NCBI RefSeq assembly: GCF_036321535.1
Contig: NC_087436.1
Coordinates: forward strand, 114,640,001-114,704,000
Source of the DNA: Camelus dromedarius
Lineage: Eukaryota
Length of the DNA stretch: 64,000 nucleotides
Direction of reading: 5' to 3'
The first letter of the stretch is position 1. Every line of letters begins with the position of its first letter. The position numbers were made by a program, and so were the translations under genes. Below, piece after piece: positions 1 to 11,420 of the stretch. The notes under the pieces were generated by a model. It did no database searches, was not told where the DNA came from, and saw only the letters and a program-made list of their open reading frames with translations.

Positions 1-1124
1 GATACTGACCATATTGTTTTGTACTTCATTAAGTTCTTCTTCCTAGATTACTGTACAATATTCTTTTTGTATTTCATATCAAATCCCAACTATTTATCAA
101 AGTTTATCTTAATTAGTAAGAATTTACTCCATTTGGCATCTTCCATGTTTGCTTTGGTAAAACATTATTTTTTCTAAAGTCTTGTTCTCTGTTCCTCTCT
201 AAAACATCCTCCACTGTAATGATACTGATTTTAATAGTAATTAATGATATTTATTATTTTATTGTTAATTTAATAATGGTATTAATTATTGAGGATTTCC
301 GAATTCTTTTACTATTCCTAGACAGTTCTCTTAACTAAGAAATAAACGTGAATACCAATGATCAAGCATTTAAAAATACTACTACACTAGCCAATTCACA
401 TTTGATTGAACGAAACTCAGAACAAAAGCCTATAAGGTTAAGCTTCGGAAGTGATTTGCTTAGAAGCAACAAATAAATTACATTTTTCCTCAATCCCTTC
501 CACTGCGTTCCTGCTCCTTGCAGCTAAAAAGGTATAATGATATTTCCCCATCCTTAAATTTTTCTTTACTTCTTTTGGAGTTAGTTCTGTGTCTTATTTT
601 CATGGTCACTCTGTGTGTGTGTGAGGGGGGTGGTTTATAACAATTTGAGAAAATAGCAATTGAAAATTGTTACGCTGCTGTGGCTATTTCTAGGACTTCA
701 TTAAAATATTTGGAACTCTGGAAATCTGCAACCTGTTATTTCTCATTATACAAAAAATGTTTATTTCAGCACTTACTATGGCTAGGCACAATGTTCAGAT
801 ATTTATGCCATATAAATTGCTCCCAGACACAAAAATAGTTACTTGGTTTTGGTCTAGGAGAATGGATACAAGAAAGAGAAATCACCGTGATTTGCTTGAT
901 TGCACAGAACTTGGCAGGCCGCAGAGGTCGAGTGATTCCTCTGATTTTTAGCTTCATTTTCTAAATGATGTTTGTCCCTGGTTAATCAGATAGTCCATGA
1001 ATGATTATCAAACAGTCACAAATGATTTATTGATCATGTATTACAAATGTGGTTTAGTGGTGGATCCAGAGGAAATTAAAAGAGTTTAAGATGCAGTCCC
1101 TGCCTTTAGTGAGGAAAAGTAATG

Positions 1125-1325
1125 TATTATGTGCCAGGCACTGTGTTATCTCATTTAATCCTCATAATAACTCTGTGGGGCAGGTGGCAGTTCATCACTT
1201 TAAGGTTAGGAAACTGAAACTGTGGAGAGGTTAAGTAACTTGATCTGCGAATCTATGGTTAGGCAGTGGTGGAGCCAGGATTTGAACTCAGGCCTATCGG
1301 ACGGCAGTGTGCCTAGTATTTTCAG
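1125..1325. mobile_element. MIR SINE
   Basis: tgtgccaggcactgtg..ctcatttaatcctcataataac..ggaaactgaa..agaggttaagtaacttg..ggatttgaactcagg core. Confidence 0.8.
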
Positions 1326-1329
1326 TCTT

Positions 1330-1800
1330 CCATATTGGGGGAAGATTTACTGAGGATTTGGAGTGGGGAATTGAAAAAGAAGTTGGTATGAACAAGCTGA
1401 AAAGCTTAGTTTGTATTTTGGAAACAGAAGAGCAGTTTGGTTAAATAAATGACCATTTATGTTACAGTGTGAAGGGAATTTCAGAAAAGATTATGGAGGT
1501 TTACAAATGCCAAGTTGGTAAATTTTATCTCACATATTGACAGTGGGAAATAATTTTTTAAGCAGGGAAATAAATGAAAGCAGATTTTAGGTAGGATTAA
1601 TCTAATGGGATTTTTTTGTGTGTGAATGGATGAGAAAGAGATTGAAGCAAAGAGATTGGGTTACTGCCCTCATGTGATAAGGACCAAAATCCGAGTCGAA
1701 GGAAAGAATGAATGTAAGAGAGACATTTCAAAGAAGAATCAGTAAGACTTGTGGAATGACTGGATAGAAGGGAGAAGTCCAAGATCACATTGAGATTTCT
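1330..1800. mobile_element. L2 LINE relic
   Basis: Purine-rich L2-type motifs (gagacatttcaaagaagaatcagtaagacttg..gtccaagatcac). Confidence 0.55.
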
Positions 1801-2444
1801 CTCCTAGTGGAGCTGAAAAAGGGGGAGACGCAATGATTGGTGATCCCTCCCTAGAGGGGAGGGTGTGCTGGTGCAACACAGGCTGCCATCGGAGCTCCAC
1901 GGCGTGCTCGGGTTCAGGGTAACTCCAGAGAGGTGGACTGACGCAGATACTTTTGAAAGGCAGAATTTTAGAGAAGTTTTACTAATATTTTTAGCTCGCT
2001 CTAGGTCATAAGAGCCAGAAACTTACTGTTTAGACTTTAGAGATGGACTTGACACCTAAGCATGTTTTAACTAAAGCAGTATCAGATGTGTTAACTGCAT
2101 AGCTCTCTACCCTCCCTGTGCACCCCTCCTTGTTTGTTAGTGCACCCCGTCTTGTTTATTATGCTGTGAGGTTTAATTCAGTCTTCAGTTTCTTGGTGTT
2201 TACTTTGAATTCATTCATTAAAGGATGAATTCAAGCTACTAGAACCTTCCTGTATTATGTTCATCAGAATCCTTTGTGTGTGGGAACTTCAGTCTCCATT
2301 CCCAAAACTAGTGAATTTGGTGCCTTTGACAGTTGAATTATTTATCTCACATTTACCATTTCTCAGTGGAAACATTTTTTTAAAGTTGGTTTTTTTAAAA
2401 AAGATTCATTTATAGGAAGGTACTTACTGTGTGTTGAGCACAGT

Positions 2445-3365
2445 GTTATTTTTTATTGAAATGATATTTGATGTATAACACTGTATAAATCTAAGAGGTA
2501 TATAACATGTTAATTTGATACGGCTATATATTGTAATATGATTGTCATTGTGGCAATAATTAGCACCTCTATTACATTACATAATTATCCTTTTTAGTAG
2601 TTAGAATAAGTAAGTTCTAATCTCTTAGCAAGTTTGATGGTTATAAAACAATATTGCTATCTATAATCATTGTACTGTGCATTATATTTCTAGGGCTTAT
2701 TTACTAATCATTGTAAGTTTGTACTCTTAAACAACATTTGTCTTATCTCCCCATCCTCTGGGAACCACCATTTTATTCTATGTTTTTACAAATTTGGCTT
2801 TTTAAAATTCCACATCTAAGTAATATCATACTTTCTCTGTCTGACTTATCTCATTTAACACAATGTGCTCCAAGTCCATCCATTTTTTCACAAATAGCAA
2901 GATGTCCTCCTTTCTCATGCCTGAATAATATTACACTGTATATATACTTAGCCCCATGTTTTCTTTATTCATTCACCTGTCACTGGACACTTAGGTTGTT
3001 TCCATATCTTGTATATTGTAAATAATGCTACAGTGAACTTGGGGGTGCATATGTCTTTTTGATTTATTGTTTCATTTTCTTTGGATAAATACCCAGAAAT
3101 GTAATTGCTAGATGGTGTGGTAATTCTATTTTTAACTTTTTGAGGAAATTCCATACTGTTTTCCACAGTGGCTGCACAAATTTACATTTCCACCAGCAGT
3201 GCACGAGGGTTTCCTTTGCTCCACATCATTTCCAACACTTATCTCTTATATTCTTGATGACAGCCATTCTAACAGGTGTGAAGTGATGTCTCATTGTAAT
3301 TTTAATTTGATGATTAGTGATGTTGAGCACCTCTTCATGTACCTGTTGGCTATTTGATATCTTCT
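2445..3365 (-). mobile_element. L1 (L1M-type) 3' fragment
   Basis: L1 3'UTR/ORF2-end motifs (gacacttaggttgtttccatatct, ttttgaggaaattccatactgttttccacagtggctgcac). ORF 2969..3166 is L1-like. Confidence 0.9.
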
Positions 3366-4109
3366 GAAAGTTCATTTAAAAGCAAAGAAGTTCAGATTTT
3401 ATATATACAGAATGTGGTGGGGGAGTAGGGAGGAAAGGGAGGGAGAGAGAGTGTGTACACCTGTTTTCTGTGATTTTTATGTCATTTGAGGGGCTCCTGA
3501 GGGAATTTGGTGTCACATTTGAAAGTGTTTTGTATTACTTTATACAGAAGGAGCTAGATTGTAGACTCACCAGTCACATAGAAATAGACACTATAGTAAC
3601 TTCATTTGTGACATAAATATTTATAATAAGGTTTTAGTCTTGGTTCCATTCACTGATTATTTAAAGAGATTTTGCTATTTTAGTTCTAACCTAGATTGTT
3701 CCTGTTTGAGAGTCATATAAAATGAGCTATCAACACACTACAAGTTTTGCAAGGAAGGGAAGAGGGAGAAAAGAAAGGGAATGCAGTTTATTAATACAGC
3801 AGACATTTTTTGAGGGTTTACTTTGTGCCAGGACACTAAAATCTGGTGATACAGAGATGACTAAGTTAAATTCCTTGTCCTCAAGGAGCTCCCAGAATAC
3901 ATGAGGGCAGGCAGATATTTAAACAGTTAAGTATGCTCTGATGCCTTTTTTTTTTTTTTTTACAGTTCTCAATTAGTTAGTGGTTTTATTTGCGTCATTT
4001 ATCTATTCACCTCTTTTCTGTCCCCACCTACGCTCCTCTGATAGTGTGAAAGTTGGGACTAGTTGTTAACAAATGTCCAAGTTTCCCAGACTGTTGAGAT
4101 TTTCTCATT

Positions 4110-4210
4110 TCTCTTTCTTCCTTTCTTCCTTTATTTCTTTCTTTTACTGGGGATCAAACCAGGCACCTCGTGCGGCGTGCTCTCTGCCAACTGGGCTATT
4201 ACTCCATCCC
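4110..4210 (-). mobile_element. tRNA-derived SINE (Vic-1-like)
   Basis: T-rich tail, then tactggggatcaaaccaggcacctcgtgc..ctctgccaactgggctat, the reverse complement of a pol III A/B-box head. Confidence 0.7.
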
Positions 4211-4489
4211 AGATGTTTTGTTTACAAAGGAGTCAAACCTTTAGAAGAAATAAATTTAGAAGTGCTATTCTCTGAGGAACTCCAGCATTCAGCTCTTTAA
4301 TAATACATTAAATAATCTAAAAAGAAAATGCATAGTTCTATGTCTTATCTCTTTCAGTCTGAATTGCAAGGAGGGTTTGTCCTATATACCTGGCGTTAAG
4401 AGTTCTTAATACATTTTTAAGCTTTGACATTTCCACTGGCCAGTTAATAAGCTATGACTTTGTTTGGTTTGAAATAGGTATGCATTAGT

Positions 4490-5880
4490 TTCTCTTTTTT
4501 TTAACTGAAGTTAAAAAAAACATTGGTTTCAGGTATACAACATAGTGATTCGATATGTTTACAGATTATCCATATAAACTTATTTTAAAAATTGGCCATA
4601 TCCCCTGTGTTGTACGTTACATCCTTGTATTTTACTTATTTTATACCTAGTAGTTTGTACCTCTTAATCCCCTTCCCCTGTCTTTTCCCTTCCCTCTTCC
4701 CTCTCCCCACTGGTAACCATTAGTTTGTTCTCCATATCTGTGAGTCTGTTTCTGTTTTGTTATATTAGTTTATTTTTTAGATTCTACACATGAGTGAAAA
4801 CATACAATATTTGTTTTTCTCTGTATGACTTACTTCACTAAACATAATAACCTCCAGGTTCATCCATGTTGTTACAAATGGCAAAATTTCATTCTTTTTA
4901 TGACTGAGTAATATTCCACTGTGTATATATGTATATATCACATCTTCTTTATCCATTCATCTGTTGATGGACACTTAGGTGACTTCCATAGCTTGGTTAT
5001 TGTAAATAATACTGCTTTGAACATTGGGGTGCATGTATTTTTTCAAATTAGTGTTTTTGTTTTCTTTAGCTATATACCCAGGAGTAGAATTGCTGGATCA
5101 TGTGGTAGTTCTATTTTTAGTTTTTTGGGGAACCTCCATACTATTCTCCATAGTGGCTGCATGAGTTTACATTCCCACCAGCAGTGCACAAGTGTTCCCT
5201 TTTCTCCACATCCTTGCCCACACTTGTCATTTCTTGTCTTTTTGACAATAGTCATTCTGACAGGTGTGAGGTTATATCTCATTGTGGTTTGATTTGCATA
5301 TTCTTGATGATTAGCAGTGTTGAGCATCTTTTTATGTATCTGTTGGGTATCAGTATGTCTTTTGTGGAAAAATGTCTACTCAGGTCTCTTTTGCCCATTT
5401 TTAAATCTGTTTGATTTTTTGATATTGAGTTGTATGAGTTCTTTATTTATTTTTGATATTAACCCTTTATCAGACTTATCATTTGCAGATAGCTTCTCCC
5501 ATTCAGTAGGAGGCCTTTTCATTTTTTTGATGATTGCCTTCACTCTGCATAAGCTTTTTTTTTTTAACATTTTTTTTATTAAGTTATAGTCGTTTTACAA
5601 TGTTGTGTCAAATTCCAGGGTAGAGCACAATTTTTCTGTTATACGTGAACATACATATATTCATTGTCACTTTTTTTTTTTTGCTGTGAGCTACCGCAAG
5701 ATCTTGTATATATTTCCCTGTGCTATACAGTATAATCTTGTTTATCTATTCTGCATATGCCTGTCAATATCTACAAAATTTTAAGTCTGATTAGGCCCCA
5801 TTTGTTTATTTTGCTTTCACTTCCCTTGCCTGAGGAGGAGACAGTTCCAAAAAAATGTTACTAAGACCCATGTCAAATCA
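4490..5880 (-). mobile_element. L1 3' portion with ORF2 C-terminal remnants
   Basis: ORFs 5376..5570 (EWEKLSANDKSDKGLISKI) and 5070..5327 ([19 protein letters not shown], cysteine-rich domain) are L1 ORF2p-like. Confidence 0.95.
5555..5778 (-). mobile_element. younger L1 3' end nested inside the older L1
   Basis: PolyT plus a separate L1 3'UTR terminus interrupts the host motif aagctttt..agtctgattagg. Confidence 0.75.
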
Positions 5881-6641
5881 TAGTCCATTTTTTCCTTTTT
5901 CTATTCACTTTTTAAATTTATTTTTTCATATAATTTCAAAACCAGATGGAATCTTAGAGACCTTGCAGAAAAACCTTGTGTCTTATAGATAAGGATATTT
6001 TGAAGACCAAGGGGGTGAAGTAACTTGCCCAAAGTTGTGAATGTTACTGGTAGCGTATAATGGTGCATTATACAGAAGAAAGAGGAGAGTGGCTTTCTTT
6101 AAGCTCCTACTGTGTGCAAAGTACCATGCTTTTAAAAATGCTACAGCAGTGCTTTAAATGGTAATCTATAATTTTGTTGCACCTTAAATTTGTATCATAA
6201 TATTCTTTAATAGTTTACACAACTGTTTTCCATGCTAGACTCTTATGCATCTCAAAAACAGGGATTATACGTTATTTATCTGAATGTCTTCAATATGTAA
6301 AATAGTGGTTTGCTTTGAACGAATGATAGTGACAGGTGTTTTAGCCATCAAAGTCCGTCAAACTATGTTTGCTACATACCCTGAGCATGACAAAACTATG
6401 ACTTTTGCAATGGTAAACATGCTACTGTTGGATTAAGATACAGTTGCAGACTTGACCAGATTTATCTTTAGTGTCTTCCCAAGCATCTCTACTACTTACT
6501 ACCTTACAATCTCAACTCCGAGGCTGACTTCTTGCTTACCCTTGTGGATAGCTACCACTTCCATTTCTGGTATCCACTTGTAGATTCTCTTTAAGAGTAA
6601 GAGTTAATCTGGTGCTGAATCACACAGCTCCCTTCTCTTAA

Positions 6642-6761
6642 GGCCACTTCATTATTTTCACTTGATTGACTAGTAGCAGAGAATATAATTGACTTTGTGG
6701 CTCCAAAGTTGGTGTTTTGTAGGTAGCATTTTCTCTGAAAACATCAATGAATGAATGACTT
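6642..6761 (+). pseudogene. RAB28: degenerate counterpart of the human RAB28 third-isoform ('V', GHFIIFISSTNRE) exon
   Basis: ggc cac ttc att att ttc act TGA ttg act agt agc aga gaa = GHFIIFT*LTSSRE. Upstream ccttctcttaag acceptor; candidate donor ctt|gtaagt at 6761/6762. Confidence 0.65.
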
Positions 6762-8450
6762 GTAAGTAAGCCAGCTGCTGTGAAATCACCTACCATGAAG
6801 CTTGTAGCATGGAAATTATGCTTTTTAACTCATCGAAAGCAAAGATTTGAATCTGCAGAGCTTTGGTTCTGGCATCCAGTTCAGAAACTTTGTACAAAGC
6901 TTTATGTCAAACAGCCAAGGCCCCCAAGAAAGATGTTGCCTTGTTAGTTCTTCATTAACTTGATGAAAATCCAAGTCATTTATGTTAGTCAATACTTCGA
7001 CCAAAATGTCTTGACCACAGGTCAGTAACCTGGTTGTGTTTATAGGACAGGGTTTAAACCATCATTTTGGAGGATTAATGAGTTGCTTACTGATTATGAA
7101 AATCCTTTCTCTTTATTGTAATCCATAGTTTGGCATGAAACAATTAGGTTTGGGGGAGGCCAGATGATGGTGTTCAGAGTTTCACTGACGTACCCCCTCA
7201 TACCTCACGTGGCAGTTGGTAATGCTTCTGTTGATAGCATCAGGCTGAGTGCCCAGTAAATCATGAGCCTTGTCCAGAAGTTAATGCTGCCTGCCAGAGA
7301 ACTGGAGCAGAGCCCGTCCAAGGCTCACTCACTGCAGCGTCCTGTCCTCTACCCTCATTTGTTTATCCAAGCTTTATAAACATTATCCCAAGCAGCAGCC
7401 TGATTAACGTTTTTCTCTCTCTTCTAATTAGTAGATGCTATTATGAAAGAAGGTATTTCTGAAATAAAATATTTGAAATTATTTTAAAAAGTGAGAATAG
7501 TTTCAAGTGTAAAAAATTTGGGGAGCATGTTATCTCTACCATATTTGTCATATGTAGTCTTTTCATCTTAAGGGTTATAGCAATAAAAAACCCTAACTTT
7601 GATTCCTTTATTTAGCAAATCTCTTAGATATTTGAAAACAACAGCTGTTGTGCTTAAATATTGTGTGTCAGGATTTTTTTTTAATGACAGAGAAGTGTAT
7701 TTTGAACTTGTTTATTTCTATATGGAATTTGGAAGCATGGAAGTTAGGGTTGTGAGGGGAGGAGGAGTGAGAATCAAAGGAAAATCTTTGACAAGTAATA
7801 AATACTATTAAATGTAAAAATTGTAAATGACATATAGCTTTCTCTGATTTCTGCGTCCTCTCCCCATCTTCAAAGAAAATTAACCACTCTTTCCTCTTTG
7901 TTCCCACAACATGTTATAAGCCTCCTGGTGAAGCACTTATCTCGTGTGACAGTTAGCTGGGTACATGCTCTCTTCCCGGTAGCTCCACAGAATTGATGAA
8001 CAAATTCTGTGTAATTCACCCATGCATTCCCTGTGTAGAGTAACTGGCACATTGTGGATCCTCAGTAATGTTTGTTGAAGGAAGTTGAATTAATACTTTT
8101 ACTGCACTTTAGCATGGAGAGGGCCCATAATTCTTTGTTGTCCTCTGAAATACTGGGCATTGTTTGTAATCGTGATACTAGAAATAGAACTCATAGCTTG
8201 TCTGGGAGGTTCAGTAGACATGTCTATTTCAATAATTAGAATTGTAAACAGTTGGACCTTTGTTCATTTTCTTTCCTTTTATATGCATATATTCTGCTGT
8301 TTCTTTTGTGACATGTTTAAATTTATGTGTATATTTCTTTTTCTCTTTTGGTGTTCCCTTCTATTTTCAGTTATTGAATATACTTTCCATTTTTTCTTTC
8401 TTTCCTTTTTTTCTCTTCTTCATGTTGTTTATGTTGTACGGAATTGACAG

Positions 8451-8540
8451 CGTATTGTCAGGGCAGAAATAGTGAAGTACCCGGAAGAAGATCATCAACT
8501 TACCAGCTCTGCTCAGAGTAGAATCTGTTCAGTACAGTAG
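8451..8540 (+). CDS. RAB28: RAB28 cassette exon encoding the isoform L C-terminus (exon 8451-8545, 95 nt; stop TAG 8538-8540)
   Basis: Acceptor tgacag|CGT after a long pyrimidine tract. Translates to RIVRAEIVKYPEEDHQLTSSAQSRICSVQ*, matching the remembered RAB28L tail and ending in the CaaX motif CSVQ. Donor CAG|gtatta at 8545/8546 gives the known 95-nt insert size. Confidence 0.95.
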   Translation, partial: RIVRAEIVKYPEEDHQLTSSAQSRICSVQ

Positions 8541-9766
8541 TGCAGGTATTAATGAATAAACTTGCAGTTCGGGGGGAGGTGGGTGGGGAGGACTAGTGAA
8601 TGCTGTCTTGTTCCTTATTCTTTATGAATAGAGATGTTCAAATGATTGTTGTATATTATTGGGAATTAATATTGCAGAAGTCCTGTTTCAGAACTTTGAA
8701 AAATCGATCTTTTGTCAGGAGGCTTACGACTTAAACAAGGAATTGGGAACGAATTAAAATAACATTTCAGTTACTTTCAAACGTATTTGTCTTTATGGTT
8801 GTGTTTATTACATGTGCAGTGAAGTGGAGAATTGAGGCAGTTATTTCATTATTCATTCTTCACCATTTTTCCTGAAATAGCCTGATAACTGAAAGAGTAT
8901 TTTAAAAATTTGCCTTGAATTACCCTTCTTTGTCTGCTTGTATGTGCAGACTTAGTGAAAAAAAGTTGAAAATGGTAAAGGATTTGTTTTAATTTAAATT
9001 TATTACTTAGAGATGATTGTTAGGATATATTGCTAAATTCATTATTTAAGACACTCCTTGAAGTGTGTGTTAGAGGGAAGGAAGGAAGAGCTAAAAATGT
9101 CTTTTGGTTTAAATTATTTTAAAAATATAAGGTAATTTTGTAAATTTCTCATTATTCTATATTTTGTTAGAGTCATTATTCATAACCTAATAGTGAGCTG
9201 TTTCGGAAGTAAGTTAGGGATTTGTGAGAAAAGTATTAAAAATTAAAAAAGTTTTAAAAATTGGGTTGCTCAGAACATTTCTTCTTTATATGTCACATCT
9301 CTTTAATATTTATAACTCTTCTCACTAACTCACAAATTGATTAACATTTTAAAAGTTGTGTTTGGGAATAATGGCTTATGAAAATATTAATAATGACATT
9401 TTTTACTATGAAATGATGAAGTCTTAAGAGTTAAAATATGTAAATGACTAATTTTAATTCCTTTGCTTTAAATTATAACCAGGGTTTAATTTTTCATATT
9501 GATTTGCCGATTTTTTATTAGTGTCACATAACCAGAGAAGACTCCATTAAAGAATTGCTGTTACAGCCTTCAACAAACCAAACCTCCCCCAACCAAAAAC
9601 ACCCCAGTTTGACTTTAGTTGGTTCTGGATGATTCTTTTAATATCAGCTCCTGCTTCATTTATGATGTCTATCATCAGGAGTTCACCAGAGTTCAGAAAA
9701 TAAAAATATACTCTAAGGAGCTCTTTGGAAATGTTCTGATAATAACTCTGTTTTCTTTTATGACAG

Positions 9767-9859
9767 AGGGTGGTGAAGGCAGATATTGTAAACTACAACC
9801 AGGAACCTATGTCAAGAACTGTTAACCCTCCTAGAAGCGCGATGTGTGCAGTTCAGTGA
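9767..9859 (+). CDS. RAB28: RAB28 terminal coding exon (isoform S C-terminus)
   Basis: Acceptor ttttcttttatgacag|AGG. Translates to [30 protein letters not shown], near-identical to the remembered human RAB28S tail (..PPRSSMCAVQ), with CaaX motif CAVQ. Confidence 0.97.
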   Translation, partial: RVVKADIVNYNQEPMSRTVNPPRSAMCAVQ

Positions 9860-10386
9860 GCGCATTTTTCTTTTGTATTGATAGTTCTGGCTGCCCTTCG
9901 CCTCTGTGTGGGCCTGAGGACCTCTAGGAACTTGCTTTATCAGTGACCATCTCTGTAGTTCAGTTAACACTTTCCTCTTAACTCGCTTCATCATTACGAG
10001 CTGCCTCACAGCCGCAGGCAGCTCCTTGGACTGGAAAGAATTCAGCTTCGGGACCACACACTTTGAATGGAAAGCCCATTCTCTGGAAGTAGACTGCTTC
10101 ATTGTAAAAGAATAATGTTGGTTCTCTTTATGTCCTCACTTCTTTTTTCCCCGATGTAAATTTTTTTAAACAAATATGAAAACTCTCCAGGTCTTGACCA
10201 TCAGCCAGGATTTTGCCAGAGCACAGTTTCATTCTCTTATCTGAACTGATACCTGGCAAAGTATGCTTCGGAGTGCAAACATTTAAACGAGTAATATATT
10301 TTATCTACAGATACTTAAGAAGGCGTTCTTTTGCTATCTATTGTAAGTAAAAATATGTAAAGCTGTATCTAACTGAAAATGCTTGA

Positions 10387-10392
10387 AATAAA
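10387..10392 (+). terminator. proximal polyadenylation signal AATAAA
   Basis: AATAAA followed by a U-rich downstream stretch (cttttttcattttttt). Confidence 0.6.
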
Positions 10393-10690
10393 GCTATAAT
10401 AGAAATACTTTTTTCATTTTTTTAAGAAAGGGCCTAAATTGTTTATATTGTAGCTGTAGCTCACGAAATAGTGAGTATTTGACATTGTATTTTTGTTACT
10501 GTATCATGGTCATTATGTATTGTGTGATACTCAGGTTAGACGGCTTTGTGAATTCTGATAAACGTCCAGCTGCTGCTCCAGTGGACTTCCTCCTGCAGGC
10601 TGCGTAAGAGAACTCCCAGGATGAGCTATGACTATTGTTGGATCATTGTGGATCAGACTGTACCTGATGTTCAGATGTTTTTCTCCTGCA

Positions 10691-10696
10691 AATAAA
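10691..10696 (+). terminator. distal polyadenylation signal AATAAA
   Basis: AATAAA followed by a G10 run and a U-rich tract; base composition changes just downstream. Confidence 0.7.
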
Positions 10697-10879
10697 TTTA
10701 TTTAAATTACTTTGGGGGGGGGGAATTTTCTTTCTGCCATATTCTTTAGTTATAGAAAAACAAAGATTCTTTGGATTCAGACCAGTGATTGTGTGAAGTT
10801 TAATAGACATGAGTCACTTAGAGTTGTTAGGTGATTCTGTTAGACCAGTTAAAACCCGGACTCCGTAGCCCGGCATTTC

Positions 10880-11420
10880 AGGGCTCCATGTCAGCGGCAT
10901 CCTGCCCCCTACCTTTCCTCACACTGCTCTTCCACCCGCCGCCTGCCTGTGCGCCAGTAGAGCCGTGGGCTCGCTCCTGTGTGCTTGTGAAGCTCTGCCT
11001 TCCTGTCTTTGCTGCAAGCCCCCTCTGCCTGGAATTCCTCCCCCTTCTCCCAATGTCTGCCTTCTGCCAGCCGGCGTCTAGGCACCACGAGGGCAGGGCT
11101 CTGTCCTGGTAGAGTTGTGTTGTGTTTTGTGTGCTCAGGCCCAGTGCCTGGCACGTGGGTGCCCCGTGTTTGCCACGTGAAACGGTGAATGCTGCCCCTC
11201 CAAAGCCTGTCCTCGTCTCCAGAGCTGCAGGTTCCACGTGAGTACCTCTCAGGTGGCCATTACCCCTTCCTGCCTTGGGTCACACTTGTCTGTGTCCTTG
11301 TGTTTTACTGTTCATAGACGATGAGCCTGTTGAAGGGCAGACCCTGTCCTCTCCTGCGTCCTTCAGGAGTGCCTGTCAGGGTGCCTTCCCTGGAGGAGAC
11401 TTGCCGTAAATGTGTGCAGG
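10880..11420. mobile_element. L2 3' relics, unusually CpG-rich
   Basis: ccctctgcctggaattcctccc, gagggcagggctctgtc, cccagtgcctggcac, tgaagggcagaccctgtc motifs. Confidence 0.6.

Larger units (their letters stand above)
1..8450 (+). other. RAB28: RAB28 intron upstream of the L exon (the preceding coding exon ending ...EIEQSQ was not seen in the window)
   Basis: AT-rich, contains L1/L2/MIR relics, and lies upstream of phase-0 acceptors. Confidence 0.75.
9860..10715 (+). other. RAB28: RAB28 3'UTR (end approximate)
   Basis: Repeat-free AT-rich sequence after the stop codon, ending near the distal AATAAA. Confidence 0.8.

Noticed and set aside
2205..2234. Hairpin ttgaattcat-N10-atgaattcaa
   Set aside because: Too short for a pre-miRNA; no other support.
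4921..5589. Cluster of ORFs on both strands
   Set aside because: Frameshifted L1 ORF2 remnants and their antisense frames, not a host gene.
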